Numbered from the stretch's first letter, positions 1-14,120 are shown. The stretch is 64,000 bases of DNA from Eledone cirrhosa (GCA_964016885.1 OZ024740.1:223448001-223512000), one strand, 5' to 3'. The notes: generated by a model from the sequence alone, not told the origin. Numbers and translations: made by a program.

Positions 1-39
1 AAATATCGTGTAATCAATAACAGAGAAATATTTTTTAAT

Positions 40-625
40 ATTATAAACCTAATTAATGTACAATTTAGAAATTTATTTATGAATTAATTTTAATTTAGTT
101 AACCTATAATTTTAATTTAGTTAGCTTAAAATTAAAATTCTAATACAGATCGATTGCAGAACATCATGTAATCATAAACTGAGATAAACTTTTAAATATA
201 TACCTAATTAATATATTCTTTACAATTAAATATATATATATATATATTAATTTTAATTTTTGTTAACCTATAATTATATTCTACTATAGATAAAATACAA
301 AATCTGCTTTAATTATTATAAACCTAATTAACATATACTATAGAAATTAATATATAATTTTTAATTTAGTTAACCTATAATTTATATTCTACTACCGATG
401 AAATACTTGATTTGGTTTTCCCTATTACTAAATTCATTTCCTAAAATTGATACCATAATGTTAATATTTTTAATTTAGTTATGCTATAATTAATACTCTA
501 CTACTGTTTAACTTCAAAATTCCGCTTTAAATATTATAAACCTAAGTGGTATACACCTTAGAAATCAATATATTAACTATTTTTAATTTAGTTAACCTAT
601 AATTAATAGTCTACTTATATTAAAA
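40..625. repeat. Degenerate AT-rich tandem repeat, ~110 bp unit
   Basis: Motif TTTAATTTAGTTAACCTATAAT (with variants) recurs near 89, 250, 360, 468 and 581; TTATAAACCTAA recurs near 41, 316 and 534. Confidence 0.6.
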
Positions 626-779
626 TGCATAATTTTGCCTTCTTTCTTATATTTCCTAATACTGAAACTACTATGTAAACACATATTATGATCTAAATGC
701 AGATTAATATTCTATGTTCCTTGAAACCTATATTTACTATTTCCCACTAATAATTTTAATCCCCTCCCCCCCCTATATT

Positions 780-1091
780 TATTCGTATTTGTAAGCGTGG
801 ATGTATGTATGTGTATGTAAGTATGTATGTATGTTTGGGTGTTTGTATGTGAGTATAAAAATACATATGTGCGCATGTAAATAAGTGTGTATGATTGTAT
901 ATATATGGATATATGTGTATATATATATATGTATATATGTGTATGTGTATATATATATATGTCTATATATATATATGTGTATATATATATATGTGTGTGT
1001 GTGTGTGTATGTGTATGTATATTTGTAGAGATGTGTGTATGTATATATATATGTGTGCATAATTGTCTGACTGTGTGTATTTATTTATTTA

Positions 1092-1164
<73 letters not shown>

Positions 1165-1193
1165 ATGTGTGTGTGTGTATATATATTTATGTG

Positions 1194-1256
<63 letters not shown>

Positions 1257-1607
1257 ATGTATATCTCTTTATTTATGTATGTCTGAGTTGTGTGTGAGCG
1301 TGAGGTGGTATGTGTATATATATACATGGATATGTGTATGTGTGTGTATATATACGTATATGTATGTGTGTGTGTATATATATGTGCGTATATCTATATA
1401 TATATATATGTGTGTGTATATGTGTATCTATATATATGTGTGTATATATATATATGTATATGTATGTATGTGTATGTGTATGTACATATATGTGTATATA
1501 TATATATATATGTGTTGTGAGTATATGTATATATATATATGTGTGTATGTATGTGTGTCTATGTATTTATATATGTATATGTATATGTCTCTATATATAT
1601 ATGTGTG

Positions 1608-1662
<55 letters not shown>

Positions 1663-2030
1663 CGGTGTGTATTTTATGTATGAGTATATATTTTACTTGT
1701 TTATTTCTTTTTAATATATTTCTTTTTATTTCTAAATTTATAGATACATTTTATAAATAGGCAGTTGTCTGACACCCTCAGTAATTACTGACCCCCTTTA
1801 ACTACTTTGGTTCTGCATCTAGATGTAAATATATGTGGCAGTGTTTATGTGTGCGCCTTAATATCCATATAGTTATAATAATGATATATACGTATGTGTG
1901 TGTGTGTGTGTGTATGTTCGTGGGTATGTGTATGTTTATGTGTATATGCGCGTGTGTGTATGATTGTATGTATATGTGTGTATATATGAGTGTATATATG
2001 TTTATATACGTATGTGTATTTTGTCTGTAG
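780..2030. repeat. Compound (AT)n/(GT)n/(ATGT)n microsatellite
   Basis: Direct reading; all overlapping YI/VC-rich ORFs are artefacts of the repeat. Confidence 0.95.
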
Positions 2031-2267
2031 ATTATAAACATACAGAGACATTAGCCCTGAATTTTTGTATTTACATACATATTTTCGACATGCGTATGCA
2101 TGTGAACATATACTTTTATGCATATCTGTGAACGAGGTTACTTACATATATACACACACCTAACTGTATTTTCTTGATATATTTTTGTGTATTTCATTGG
2201 TCAATTTGAACTCTGTTCCCAAACAGACCTGTAATTTTTTATTGTTGTTATTATCAATAAATATATT

Positions 2268-2418
2268 TCATTATTTCTGGAGACGGCATATGTATGTGTT
2301 GGTATGTATATTATATTTGATAGTTTGTATAATTTTGTATAATTTTGTACATAGATCTGTTGAATATGCATGCCAATTCTAACACATATATGTCCTAGAA
2401 ACGATCGTTAAATAATGA
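2268..2418 (+). ncRNA. Type I hammerhead-like motif with long stem II (core variant, probably decayed), Penelope-type 3' end
   Basis: Stem I TCATTATTT (2268-2276)/AAATAATGA (2410-2418); core CTGGAGA (2277-2283, one change from CUGANGA); stem II arms GGCATATGTATGTGTTGG/CTAACACATATATGTCC; GAAA 2398-2401; palindromic stem III ACGATCGT; predicted cleavage after GUU (2409). Confidence 0.6.
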
Positions 2419-2629
2419 ACTTTTTTGTTTAATATAAGGAACTGTTTCATTGTTTTATTCATTATTTTTTTAACATTTTATATATATATATATATATTAT
2501 ATATATTATATATATATATATATATTATATTATATATATATATATATATTATTTATATATATTATATATATATATTATATATATATATTGTACATATATA
2601 TTATATATATATATTATATATATTATATA

Positions 2630-2670
<41 letters not shown>

Positions 2671-2671
2671 T

Positions 2672-2705
<34 letters not shown>

Positions 2706-2794
2706 ATATTATATATATTTATATATATATATAATATTATATATATATATAATATTATATATATATATAATATTATATATATATATAATATTAT

Positions 2795-2828
<34 letters not shown>

Positions 2829-3036
2829 ATATTATATATATATATATATAATATTATATATATATAATATTATATATATATAATATTATATATATATATA
2901 TACTATTATATATATATTTATATTATATATATATTTATATTATATATATTTATATATTATATATATATTATATTATATATATTTATATATTATATATATA
3001 TTATATATATATTATATTATATACATATTATATTAT

Positions 3037-3236
3037 NNNNNNNNNNNNNNNNNNNNNNNNNNNNNNNNNNNNNNNNNNNNNNNNNNNNNNNNNNNNNNNN
3101 NNNNNNNNNNNNNNNNNNNNNNNNNNNNNNNNNNNNNNNNNNNNNNNNNNNNNNNNNNNNNNNNNNNNNNNNNNNNNNNNNNNNNNNNNNNNNNNNNNNN
3201 NNNNNNNNNNNNNNNNNNNNNNNNNNNNNNNNNNNN
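3037..3236. other. Assembly gap (200 N)
   Basis: Run of N. Confidence 1.
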
Positions 3237-3547
3237 AGAATAGAGGAAAGGTGTTTCCTCAAAAACCAGTATGACTCTAAAAACCGGTTTGTCTGTGTGT
3301 TTACATACAGAATAGCTGGATACTCACAGTAAAGTAACCAGTGAAAGACTTGGTACATCTACATATGTATACGTGTGTGTATTCATATTTATACTAGTAT
3401 TTCAGTATACATATATGGATGTACATTTTTAAGTTAATTGTTTAAGCGTCAGTCATACAAAAGTGAGTTACAAACGAAACGAAATTTAATTTCGTTTCGT
3501 TATTTGTTTTTTATCGTCTCCGTTGAACCGGTACGTACTCACACTCT

Positions 3548-3555
3548 ATGCAAAT
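3548..3555 (+). promoter_or_regulatory. Octamer motif ATGCAAAT conserved in the HHR repeat family
   Basis: Same motif at the equivalent position at 11217-11224 (+) and 23634-23641 (-), about 90-100 nt upstream of the HHR core. Confidence 0.35.
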
Positions 3556-3635
3556 TAGTCTGCCCACTACTAATTTTCATAGAAAAAGCATATAACGATA
3601 TGTGCTTTTACGATTCTCAAGAAAGGCCGGTAGAT

Positions 3636-3688
3636 AGGTAAATATTTCTGATGAGTTGTAACAACAACGAAACTAGTTCAATATTCCT
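3636..3688 (+). ncRNA. Type I hammerhead ribozyme
   Basis: AGG-TA-AATATT-T CTGATGA GTTGT AACA ACAAC GAAA CTAG TT C-AATATT-CCT: intact core, 5-bp stem II, palindromic stem III ACTAGT, GUU site; U.C mismatch at the first stem I pair. Confidence 0.8.
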
Positions 3689-3908
3689 TGTCTGGCTATC
3701 TGGAGAATAGAGGAAAGGTGTTTCCTCAAAAACCAGTATGACTCTAAAAACCGGTTTGTCTGTGTGTTTACATACAGAATAGCTGGACACTCACAGTAAA
3801 GTGACCAGTGAAAAACTCGGTACATCTACATATGTATACGTGTGTGTATTCATATGCATACTAGTATTTCAGTATACATATGTGGATGTACATTTTTAAC
3901 TTAATTAT

Positions 3909-3940
<32 letters not shown>

Positions 3941-3949
3941 ATTTAATAT

Positions 3950-4986
3950 ATATATATTATATATATATATAATATATATATATATATTATATAATATATA
4001 TATATTATATATATATATATAATATATATATATATATCATATATATATATAATATATATATATTATATATATATATAATATATATATATTATATATATAT
4101 AATATATATATATTATATATATATAATATATATATATTATATATATATATAATATATATATATTATATATATATATAATATATATATATTATATATATAT
4201 ATATAAATATATATATATTATATATATATATAATATATATATATAATATATATATATTATATATATTATTTATATATATATTATATATATATATTATATA
4301 TATATATTATATATATATATATAATATATATATTTTATATATATATATATAATATATATATTATATGACTCCAGTTCCCCAGTGAATTAACAACCAACAA
4401 GGAACTGGGCATATCAGAGTATTGACAATATCATACACCAAACAACATATGTACTTTGTCTATACCATACTAATTCAAACTGCCTGAGAGGTCTCAGCCA
4501 AAGATGGCTGTCACTGTAATATATATATTATATATATATATAATATATATATATTATATATATATAATATATATATATTATATATATATATAATATATAT
4601 ATATTATATATATATATAATATATAATATTATATATATATATAATATATATATATTATATATATATATAATATATATATATTATATATATATATTATATA
4701 TATATATTATATATATATATAATATATATATATTATATATATATAATATATATAATATATATATATAATATATATATATGAAATATATATATAATATATA
4801 TATATATAATATATATATTATTATATATATATATAATATATATATAATATATATATAAAATATATATATTATATATATATAATATATATATATTATATAT
4901 ATATAATATATATATATTATATATATATAAAATATATATATATATAATAATATATATTATATATATATATAAAATATATATATTAT

Positions 4987-5041
<55 letters not shown>

Positions 5042-5296
5042 ATATATATATATTATATATATATATAATATATATATATAATATATATATTATATATATA
5101 TAATATATATATTATATATATATATAATATAATATATAATGTATATATATATAATATATATATATAATATATACATATTATATATATATATAATATATAT
5201 ATATATTATATATATTATATATATATATATTATATATATATATTAATATATATAATATATATATATTATATATATATATAATATATATATAATATA

Positions 5297-5341
<45 letters not shown>

Positions 5342-5344
5342 ATA

Positions 5345-5384
<40 letters not shown>

Positions 5385-5422
5385 ATATATATTAATACAT
5401 ATATATAATATATATTTATAAT

Positions 5423-5453
<31 letters not shown>

Positions 5454-5990
5454 TATATATATTATATATATATATAATATGTATATATAATATATATATA
5501 TATTATATATATATATAAATATATATATTATATATATATATTAATATATATATATTATATAAATATATAATATATATATATTATATATATATATAAAATA
5601 TGTATATAATATATATATTTTATATATATATATAATATATATATATAATATATAATATATATATATATAATATATATATATAATATATAATATATATATA
5701 TTATATATATATATAATATATATATATTATATATATATATAATATATATATATTACATATATATAATATATACATATTATATATATATATAATATATATA
5801 TATATAATATATATAATATATAATATATATATATATATATAATATATATATATTTATATATATATATAATATATATATATTATATATATATATATAATAT
5901 ATATATATAATATATATATATTATATATATATATGTAATATATATATATTATATATATATATAATATATATATATATATTATATAATATA

Positions 5991-6028
<38 letters not shown>

Positions 6029-7895
6029 TATATATATATAATATATATATATAATATATATATATTATATATATATAATATATATATATTATATATATAT
6101 AATATATATATATTATATATATATATAATATATATATATTATATATATATATAATATATATATATTATATATATATATATAATATATATATATTATATAT
6201 ATATAATATATATATATAATATATATATATTATATATATATATTATTATATATATTATATATATATATTATATATATATATTATATATATATATATATAA
6301 TATATATATTTTATATATATATATATAATATATATATTATATGACTCCAGTTCCCAGTGAATTAACAACCCAACAAGGAACTGGGCATATCAGAGTATTG
6401 ACAATATCATACACCTAAACAACATATGTACTTGTCTATACCATACTAATTCAAACTGCCTGAAGAGGTCTCAGCCAAAGATGGCTGTCACTGTAATATA
6501 TATATTATATATATATATAATATATATATATTATATATATATAATATATATATATTATATATATATATTATATATATATATAATATATATATATTATATA
6601 TATATATAATATATATATATTATATATATATAATATATATATATTATATATATATATAATATATATATATTATATATATATATTATATATATATATTATA
6701 TATATATATAATATATATATATTATATATATATATAATATATATATATTATATATATATATTATATATATATATTATATATATATATAATATATATATAT
6801 TATATATATATATAATATATATAATATATATATATAATATATATATATGAAATATATATATAATATATATATAATATATATATATTATATATATATATAT
6901 AATATATATAATATATATATATATAAAATATATATATTATATATATATATAATATATATATATTATATATATATAATATATATATATTATATATATATAT
7001 AAAATATATATATATATAATATATATATATTATATATATATATAAAATATATAATTATATATATATATAATATATATATATATATATAATATATATATAT
7101 ATATTATATAATATATATATATTATATATATATATAATATAGATATATATATTATATATATATATAATATATATATTATATATATATATAATATATATAT
7201 GTTATATATATATAATATATATATATAATATATACATATTATATATATATATAATATATATATATTATATATATTTATTATATATATATATTATATATAT
7301 ATATTATATATATATATAATATATATATATTATATATATATATAATATATATATATAATATATATATATTATATATATATATAATATATATATTTATTAT
7401 ATACATATATAATATATATATATTATATATATATATATAATATATATATATTATATATAATATATATATTATAGATATATATAATACATATATATTATAT
7501 ATATTTATAATATATATATATAATATATATATATTATATATATATTATATATATATATAATATGTATATATAATATATATATATATTATATATATATATA
7601 AAATATATATATTATATATATATATAATATATATTATTATATAAATATATAATATATATATATTATATATATATATAAAATATGTATATAATATATATAT
7701 TTTATATATATATATAATATATATATATAATATATAATATATATATATATAATATATATATATAATATATAATATATATATATTATATATATATATAATA
7801 TATATATATTATATATATATAATATATATATATTACATATATATAATATATACATATTATATATATATATAATATATATATATATAATATATATA

Positions 7896-7934
<39 letters not shown>

Positions 7935-8050
7935 TATATTATATATATATATAATATATATATATTATATATATATATAATATATATATATATAATATAT
8001 ATATATTATATATATATGTAATATATATATATTATATATATATATAATAT
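3950..8050. repeat. ~2 kb tandem duplication inside the (TA)n array (possibly an assembly artefact)
   Basis: The 150-bp unique island at ~4365-4519 is repeated at ~6341-6495; rare non-TA landmarks (TATCAT, ATGAAA, ATAGAT, TTACAT) recur about 2.0-2.1 kb later; differences are mainly 1-nt indels. Confidence 0.75.
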
Positions 8051-8493
8051 ATATATATTTTATATATATAATAATATATAATATATATATATTATATATA
8101 TAATATATATATAAAATATATATATATAATATATATATTTTTTATATATATATAATATATATATATATTATATATATATATATAATATATATATATTATA
8201 TATATATATCATATATATATATTATATATATTATATATATATATAATATATATATATTATATATATATATAATATATATATATTATATATATATATAATA
8301 TATATATATTACATATATATATAATATATATATATATTATATATATATATTATATATATATATAATATATATATTATATATATATATAATATATATATAT
8401 TATATATATATATAATATATATATATTATATATATATATAATATATATATATAATATATATATTATGTATATATATTATATATATATATAATC

Positions 8494-8710
8494 TATCTAA
8501 GGCGGGTAAAAGTCCCGAGATCCCTGGACGAGTTCTCTCCAGCGGTCTCTGTCCCTCATTATCGCTGCCATATCCTGCATCTCCAACAGACCAGTGTCTG
8601 TCCTTAGGGCATCAACATATGTTAACCTTGGTCTTCCTCTTCTAGTGTGTCCATGTAGGGGCTCCCAAAGGAGCACTGAGTACAATGTCAACTCTGGATG
8701 TCGGTGAGCA
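8494..8710 (-). mobile_element. RTE-like LINE 3' fragment
   Basis: VLLWEPLHGHTRRGRPRLTYVDALRTDTG...MRDRDRWR matches the RTE-type C-terminal GRP..D..DR..WR signature; followed by TAGA/TA tail. Confidence 0.75.
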
Positions 8711-9488
8711 TATATATATATATTATATATATATAATATATATATTTTATATATATATATTATATATATATATTATATATATATATAATATATATATATT
8801 ATATATATATATAATATATATTATATATATATATATAATATATATAATATATATATTATATATATATAATATATATATATTATATATATATAATATATAT
8901 ATATTATATATATATATAATATATATATATTATATATATATATAATATATATATATAATATATATATATATATTATATATATATATAATATATATATATA
9001 ATATATATATATATATTATATATATATATAATATATATATATTATATAATATATATATATATATTATATAATATATATATATAATATATATATATTATAT
9101 ATATATATAATATATATATATAATATATATATATTATATATATATATAATTTTTATAATATATATATTATATATATATATAATATATATATATAATATAT
9201 ATATATAATATATATATATTATATATATATATAATATATATATATTATATATATATATAATATATATATATTATATATATCTATAATATATATATATTAT
9301 ATATATCTATAATATATATATATTATATATATATATTATATATATATATGATATAAATATATAATATATATATGTTATATATATATATAATATATATATA
9401 TAATATATATATAGTATATAATATATATAGATATATTATATAATATATATATATTATACATATATAATATATATATATTTATTATATA

Positions 9489-9531
<43 letters not shown>

Positions 9532-9567
9532 ATTATATATATATATTATATATATATATATAATATA

Positions 9568-9639
<72 letters not shown>

Positions 9640-9644
9640 ATAAT

Positions 9645-9679
<35 letters not shown>

Positions 9680-9689
9680 TATTATTATT

Positions 9690-10040
9690 ATTATTAGAAA
9701 GTGAGGTTTTTTTTTTACAAAATGAAAAAAAACGAGGTATCCTATACGAGTGAAAGTATAAGGAAAAAAGATGAAATCGAAAATGCAACTGAAGTCTTTT
9801 TTTTTTAATATATTTATTTGGTTCCTTTACCGGTTTCGCAGTTTTTGTGCTTTTCAAAATTAGAATTGATATTAAAGAATGGTTGTAATATAATGCAAGT
9901 GTCTTTTGTAGTTATGAAACGGAAATGGAAGGGAATGGCAGGGGTTTTAGGGTCACAGAAGAATGAGAAGGGTGGGATAGGGTGGTGGGCTCTGGGCCTA
10001 GGGTGCGGTGGGACTCTATATTATTACTTTCATTCTCCCT
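9690..10040 (-). mobile_element. Probable Penelope-type 3' end with decayed HHR
   Basis: Minus strand reads TTGAAAA GCA CAAAAAC TGC GAAA CCGG TA (9857-9828), then AATAAA, ending in (TA)n. Confidence 0.4.
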
Positions 10041-10050
10041 CATTATTTCT

Positions 10051-10157
10051 CTGCCGAGGTTGTCTTTGCCTTTCATCCTTACGGGGTCGATAAAATAAAG
10101 TACCAGTAATGCACTGGGTAATTGCTGGCCTTGTGCCTAAAGTAGAAACAATTATTA
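10051..10157 (+). mobile_element. tRNA-derived SINE family 1, 3' half
   Basis: GCCTTTCATCCTTACGGGGTCGATAAAATAAAGTACCAG...AGTAGAAACAATTATT shared with full copies elsewhere in the window. Confidence 0.85.
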
Positions 10158-10308
10158 CTCTGATTCTCTCTGGGAATGAGTTAGGTCAAAGTTACACGTT
10201 TCTGCGGAATATTCAACCACGTATATGATAATTCACAAGCTGCATATTCACTATTGGAACCAGTGGTGGACCCATCGTAATCTTACTCCACCTAGTGCTC
10301 AACCTTCT

Positions 10309-10380
10309 CAGGGTCACCCCAGGATTACCTCCGGGTCGCGCCAGGGTCACCTCAAGACCACCCCAGGGTCACCCCAGGGC
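10309..10380 (+). repeat. GC-rich 11-bp minisatellite (CAGGGTCACCC) x ~6.5
   Basis: cagggtcaccc caggattacct ccgggtcgcgc cagggtcacct caagaccaccc cagggtcaccc cagggc. Confidence 0.8.
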
Positions 10381-10470
10381 GGTCGGAGGCTGGACATTTC
10401 TATCGCAATGTGATAAATAACTTCTTAGATTATATTTAAAATTACGTATTGATAAATTAATTTGGAATCG

Positions 10471-10522
<52 letters not shown>

Positions 10523-10664
10523 TACATATATACACATACATACATATGATTCTAAATTAATTAACATAGTTCCTATGTTCTGAAATAAGTGGGGATGTTT
10601 CCGTTTGTTCCGTTCCGGTTTTCCCGTTCCTGTCGTTTTTCGTGTCTTCTGCTCAGTCTCTTGC

Positions 10665-10711
<47 letters not shown>

Positions 10712-10778
10712 AAAAAGTATGACCCCGACGGCAGAGCTCAAGCCGTTTCGACGGCTATTTCTGGACTTATATATATAT

Positions 10779-10858
<80 letters not shown>

Positions 10859-10877
10859 CTATGTAAGTATGTGTGTG

Positions 10878-10924
<47 letters not shown>

Positions 10925-10943
10925 TTATATATATATACATATA

Positions 10944-10979
<36 letters not shown>

Positions 10980-11164
10980 TGTATGTATGTATGTATGTAT
11001 GTATGTATGTATGTATGTATGTATGCTTGTACACATGTTCGTATATATATACAATGTGTGTGTATGCATGTATGCATGTCTGTATATATGTATTCATATA
11101 CGAACTAATACGTAACGCACATACACACACACTGCCTCTCTCTCTCTCACACACACACACATGA

Positions 11165-11480
11165 TTGTGTTTTAAATGCAAATTACAGTATGCCTGACCG
11201 ATTTAACTCACTCAATATGCAAATTAGGCTGCTCAGCCGTTAATTTTCATAAGGAAAGTATATACTTTCGAACGTTCAACTATCTCGCAGATGGGTAAAC
11301 GGTGCTGATGATAGCTAACAAGCTTGAAACTAGTACATCGTTCCTGTGTCAGTGTTGAACAAAAAGGTGACGCGGTTGCCTTAACACCGTATGGCATAAA
11401 TTCAGGCAGTTCGGTTTGTTGACAAACAAACGAACAAAGCTGCGTTATAATAAACGTCGGCTAAACTGATGCGTGCATAT
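11165..11480 (+). mobile_element. Retrozyme-like hammerhead repeat, single partial unit
   Basis: Aligns with the 23.3-23.9 kb element (ATGCAAATT.GGCT.CTCAGCCGTTAAT...CATAAGGAAAGTATATAC; TGTCAGTGTTGAACAAA; TTATAATAAA); flanked by microsatellite. Confidence 0.75.
11291..11347 (+). ncRNA. Type I hammerhead ribozyme
   Basis: ATGGG-TA-AACGGTG CTGATGA T AGCT AACA AGCT T GAAA CTAG TA CATCGTT-CCTGT; predicted cleavage after GUA (11335). Confidence 0.85.
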
Positions 11481-11501
11481 ATGTATGTGTACCTGTGTGC
11501 A

Positions 11502-11563
<62 letters not shown>

Positions 11564-11610
11564 TGCTACTGTATACATATATGTATGTACGTATACATAC
11601 ATACTTACAT

Positions 11611-11668
<58 letters not shown>

Positions 11669-11806
11669 TTGTGCGCATGTATACACAAGGCATGGGTTAT
11701 CTGGAGGTTATATTAGAAGACATTTGACAAGGAAGCCACACAGTGATATAGAACCAAAGTTCATGTGGCTAAAAATAAAACTTAAGTACAGAGACATGGC
11801 TGCACC

Positions 11807-12263
11807 TGTAGCGACTCACTTTTTGTGAGTTGGTCCGAGATTTACTTACTCCAGTAAGTACCACCGGAACCCAACTACTAAATTTAATAGAAATAAGAGA
11901 TAGGAGAATTTTATACAATTTCTTACCGTGTGAGAATTATCTCAATACATCTGAAGTAATAACTGAAGCATAAGTTTCTCAAAACGAGTATTAAAAAAAC
12001 TTGCGTTTATTGTAGTCCGTGAATTACATATGTTGTAAACAAATGTGCCTCGTGGCATGACAAGGTATAATCCTGAATTATAAGATGTTGAAAAAAGGTT
12101 AGCATGCTTGCCCTCGATGTGACCAGTGTGAGAGGTGCCGCCAAAAAGAGAGTGAGTGAGCAAGAGAGGTCGAGTGACGTCAGAACACTCCCTTATATAT
12201 TGGCCACGTGGAAGTAACTCCACTTAGTTTTTTCTCCCCGGGCAGGTGGCGCTAGTCGCTACA
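11807..12263 (-). mobile_element. Gypsy 3' LTR (457 bp)
   Basis: Terminal inverted repeat TGTAGCGACT...AGTCGCTACA; preceded on the minus strand by a purine-rich tract GCAGGGGAG. Confidence 0.8.
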
Positions 12264-12510
12264 AGGCTCCCCTGCAGACGATAGACGATAATAACCGTAA
12301 AGTCGTTGTAGCGAGGAACCGTGGAATAAGGAGCAAGCAAAACAAAACATACATAAATTACAATGGTTTTCAACAGAAACAAAGTATGAAATAAGCATGC
12401 AGAAAAATGTAACTGGAACAAAACAATTCAAACAGTACAAAGGAGCAAGGAAAATATTGCTCAAAATAAGTTCAAAAACTTTCAAAGTCAAATAGTTAAT
12501 GCCACTAGGG

Positions 12511-13745
12511 TTAGATGTATATTGTTTTTGAGAGTTTACGTAGCCATATTACTGTCTGGCCACTTCGTGTGACATATGGTTGTGTGGTGTGTGGTGTGTG
12601 GTGTTTGGTGTTTGCGGTGGAGGTGACGGTGTTTGTGTTGGAGTGTATGTGCGAGGTATGTCAGGCAATGACGTGAGACTTTCAGAGAAAGCCTTCTTTG
12701 CTCTGTCAACGGATATAATCTCTTTTCGACCATCGACAGCCACTGTAAAATGTTTTGGTGACTGCGAAAGCACACGAAAAGGTCCTTTATAGGGTGACAT
12801 AAGTGGTCCCTTGACAGAATCATTCCGTATAAAAATATGTGTCCACGTAGAAATGTTCGATGGGACAGCAGAAGAAAGACTGGTCACGAGGGTTCATTGG
12901 TGGAAGATCCGAGAAATACGAACAAATCCTGGTGACGTATGATGCTGGGTCGAGATGCGATGAATCCACTGGTGCTAACATTTGACCAGGAAGAGTCAAT
13001 GTGGTACCATAAAGAAGTTCAGCAGAAGAGAAACCTAAATCTGTCTTAATGGCAGAACGACAACCAAGAAGCACGATTGGTAAAAATTCGGTCCAACGTT
13101 GCGGATCAGGAGTAGCGCGGAGTGCAGCTTTCAACTGTCTGTGAAATCTCTCCAACATTCCGTTAGAGGCTGGGTGATAGCTGGTCGTATGAATGTGATG
13201 AGCACCCAAGAGTCGTGATATTTCACGAAATAAGGAAGCTTCGAACTGTCGTCCGCAATCCGTAGTTATTTTAGCAGGAACACCAAAGCGAGCAATCTAA
13301 TTGGAAAAGAAAGCTCGGGCAACGGACTCTGCTGTTATGTACACTAGGGGTATGGCTTCAGGCCACCGAGAGAAACGATCGATACAAGTCAATATGTATG
13401 TGAACCCACGACTAACGGGTCAAGGACCAACAATATCCATATGAATATGACGGAAACATGCGCCTTGCGTGATGAATTTCCCAAGAGAAGCGCGGACATG
13501 CCGATAAATCTTGGAGCGCTGACATTTCAAACAAGAACGTACCCAACCGGTGATTAAACAACGCATTAGGCCAGAAAAATCGAGCCGTAATAAGCTTCAC
13601 CGTGGCAGCTATGCCGGGATGCGACAAGGAATGGAGTGCATCAAAAACGGTACGTTGATGGCAATCTGGAACAAGTGGTCTGGGTGAGCCAGTAGAAATA
13701 GCGCAAGGAATTTTTCCTTCAGCAGATGGAAGAGGTAAATATTCA
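12511..13745 (-). pseudogene. Ty3/Gypsy integrase remnant (frameshifted)
   Basis: SHPGIAATVKLITARFFWP zinc-binding region, [52 protein letters not shown] (GPY/F) motifs. Confidence 0.92.
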
Positions 13746-13949
13746 AATTTACAGCAGGAAAACTGGGTAGAAGGAAAAATTGTTTGCGATATTTCTACTA
13801 GCTCACCCAGGCCTAGCGACTATATCTAATTGAAAATGTACAATTTATGAGCAGGTATAATTTTCTATAATCAACAATATTTCAATTGTAAGCACTTTAA
13901 TTTTTTGTCTCTTATTCATACATAAATAAAAAGCACCCATTCCACACCG

Positions 13950-14120
13950 TAAATATGGTTGGCATTAGGCAGGGCATCTAGTCACAGAAACCAAACCAGA
14001 AACAGTTCTGTATGATGGAGACCAATTCATCTGATCTGGCTTGCCTCACAATATGACAACTCATTTAACCCTTGATAGCATGGGAAAATGGACATTAAAA
14101 GATGATGATGATGGTGATTA
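13950..14120 (+). mobile_element. SINE-like family 3 fragment (GGTTGGCATTAGG.AGGGCATC...GATGATGATG tail)
   Basis: Related copies at ~20670-20850 (-), 26108-26280 (-), 32490-32720 (-), 48650-48810 (+) and 62700-62860 (+). Confidence 0.55.

Larger units (their letters stand above)
3237..3906 (+). mobile_element. Retrozyme-like hammerhead repeat, 467-bp period (at least 1.4 units, cut by the gap)
   Basis: 3237-3439 is repeated at 3704-3906; contains the HHR at 3636-3688; homologous to the 11.2 kb and 23.3-23.9 kb elements. Confidence 0.75.
2478..9680. repeat. Giant interrupted (TA)n array with short embedded unique inserts
   Basis: Direct reading; (TA)n runs with TT/AA phase shifts roughly every 10-12 nt. 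Confidence 0.95.

Noticed and set aside
779-2829. Long ORFs rich in YI/VC/HT (also at 7.6-11.8, 33, 41.8-43.2 and 59.4-59.8 kb)
   Set aside because: They are translations of dinucleotide microsatellites, which lack stop codons by construction.
4365-6495. 150-bp unique island repeated at ~2 kb spacing as a biological tandem unit
   Set aside because: The copies differ mostly by single-base indels typical of unpolished long reads in a hard region beside a gap, so an assembly duplication is at least as likely.
6460-6495. CTGAAGA plus CAGCC/GGCTG hairpin as a hammerhead
   Set aside because: No GAAA or stem III follows, and the duplicate at ~4483 reads CTGAGAG.
10715-10770. AGCCGTTTCGACGGCT hairpin as a ribozyme or terminator
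   Set aside because: A short isolated fragment in (TA)n with no CUGANGA core and no second copy in the window.
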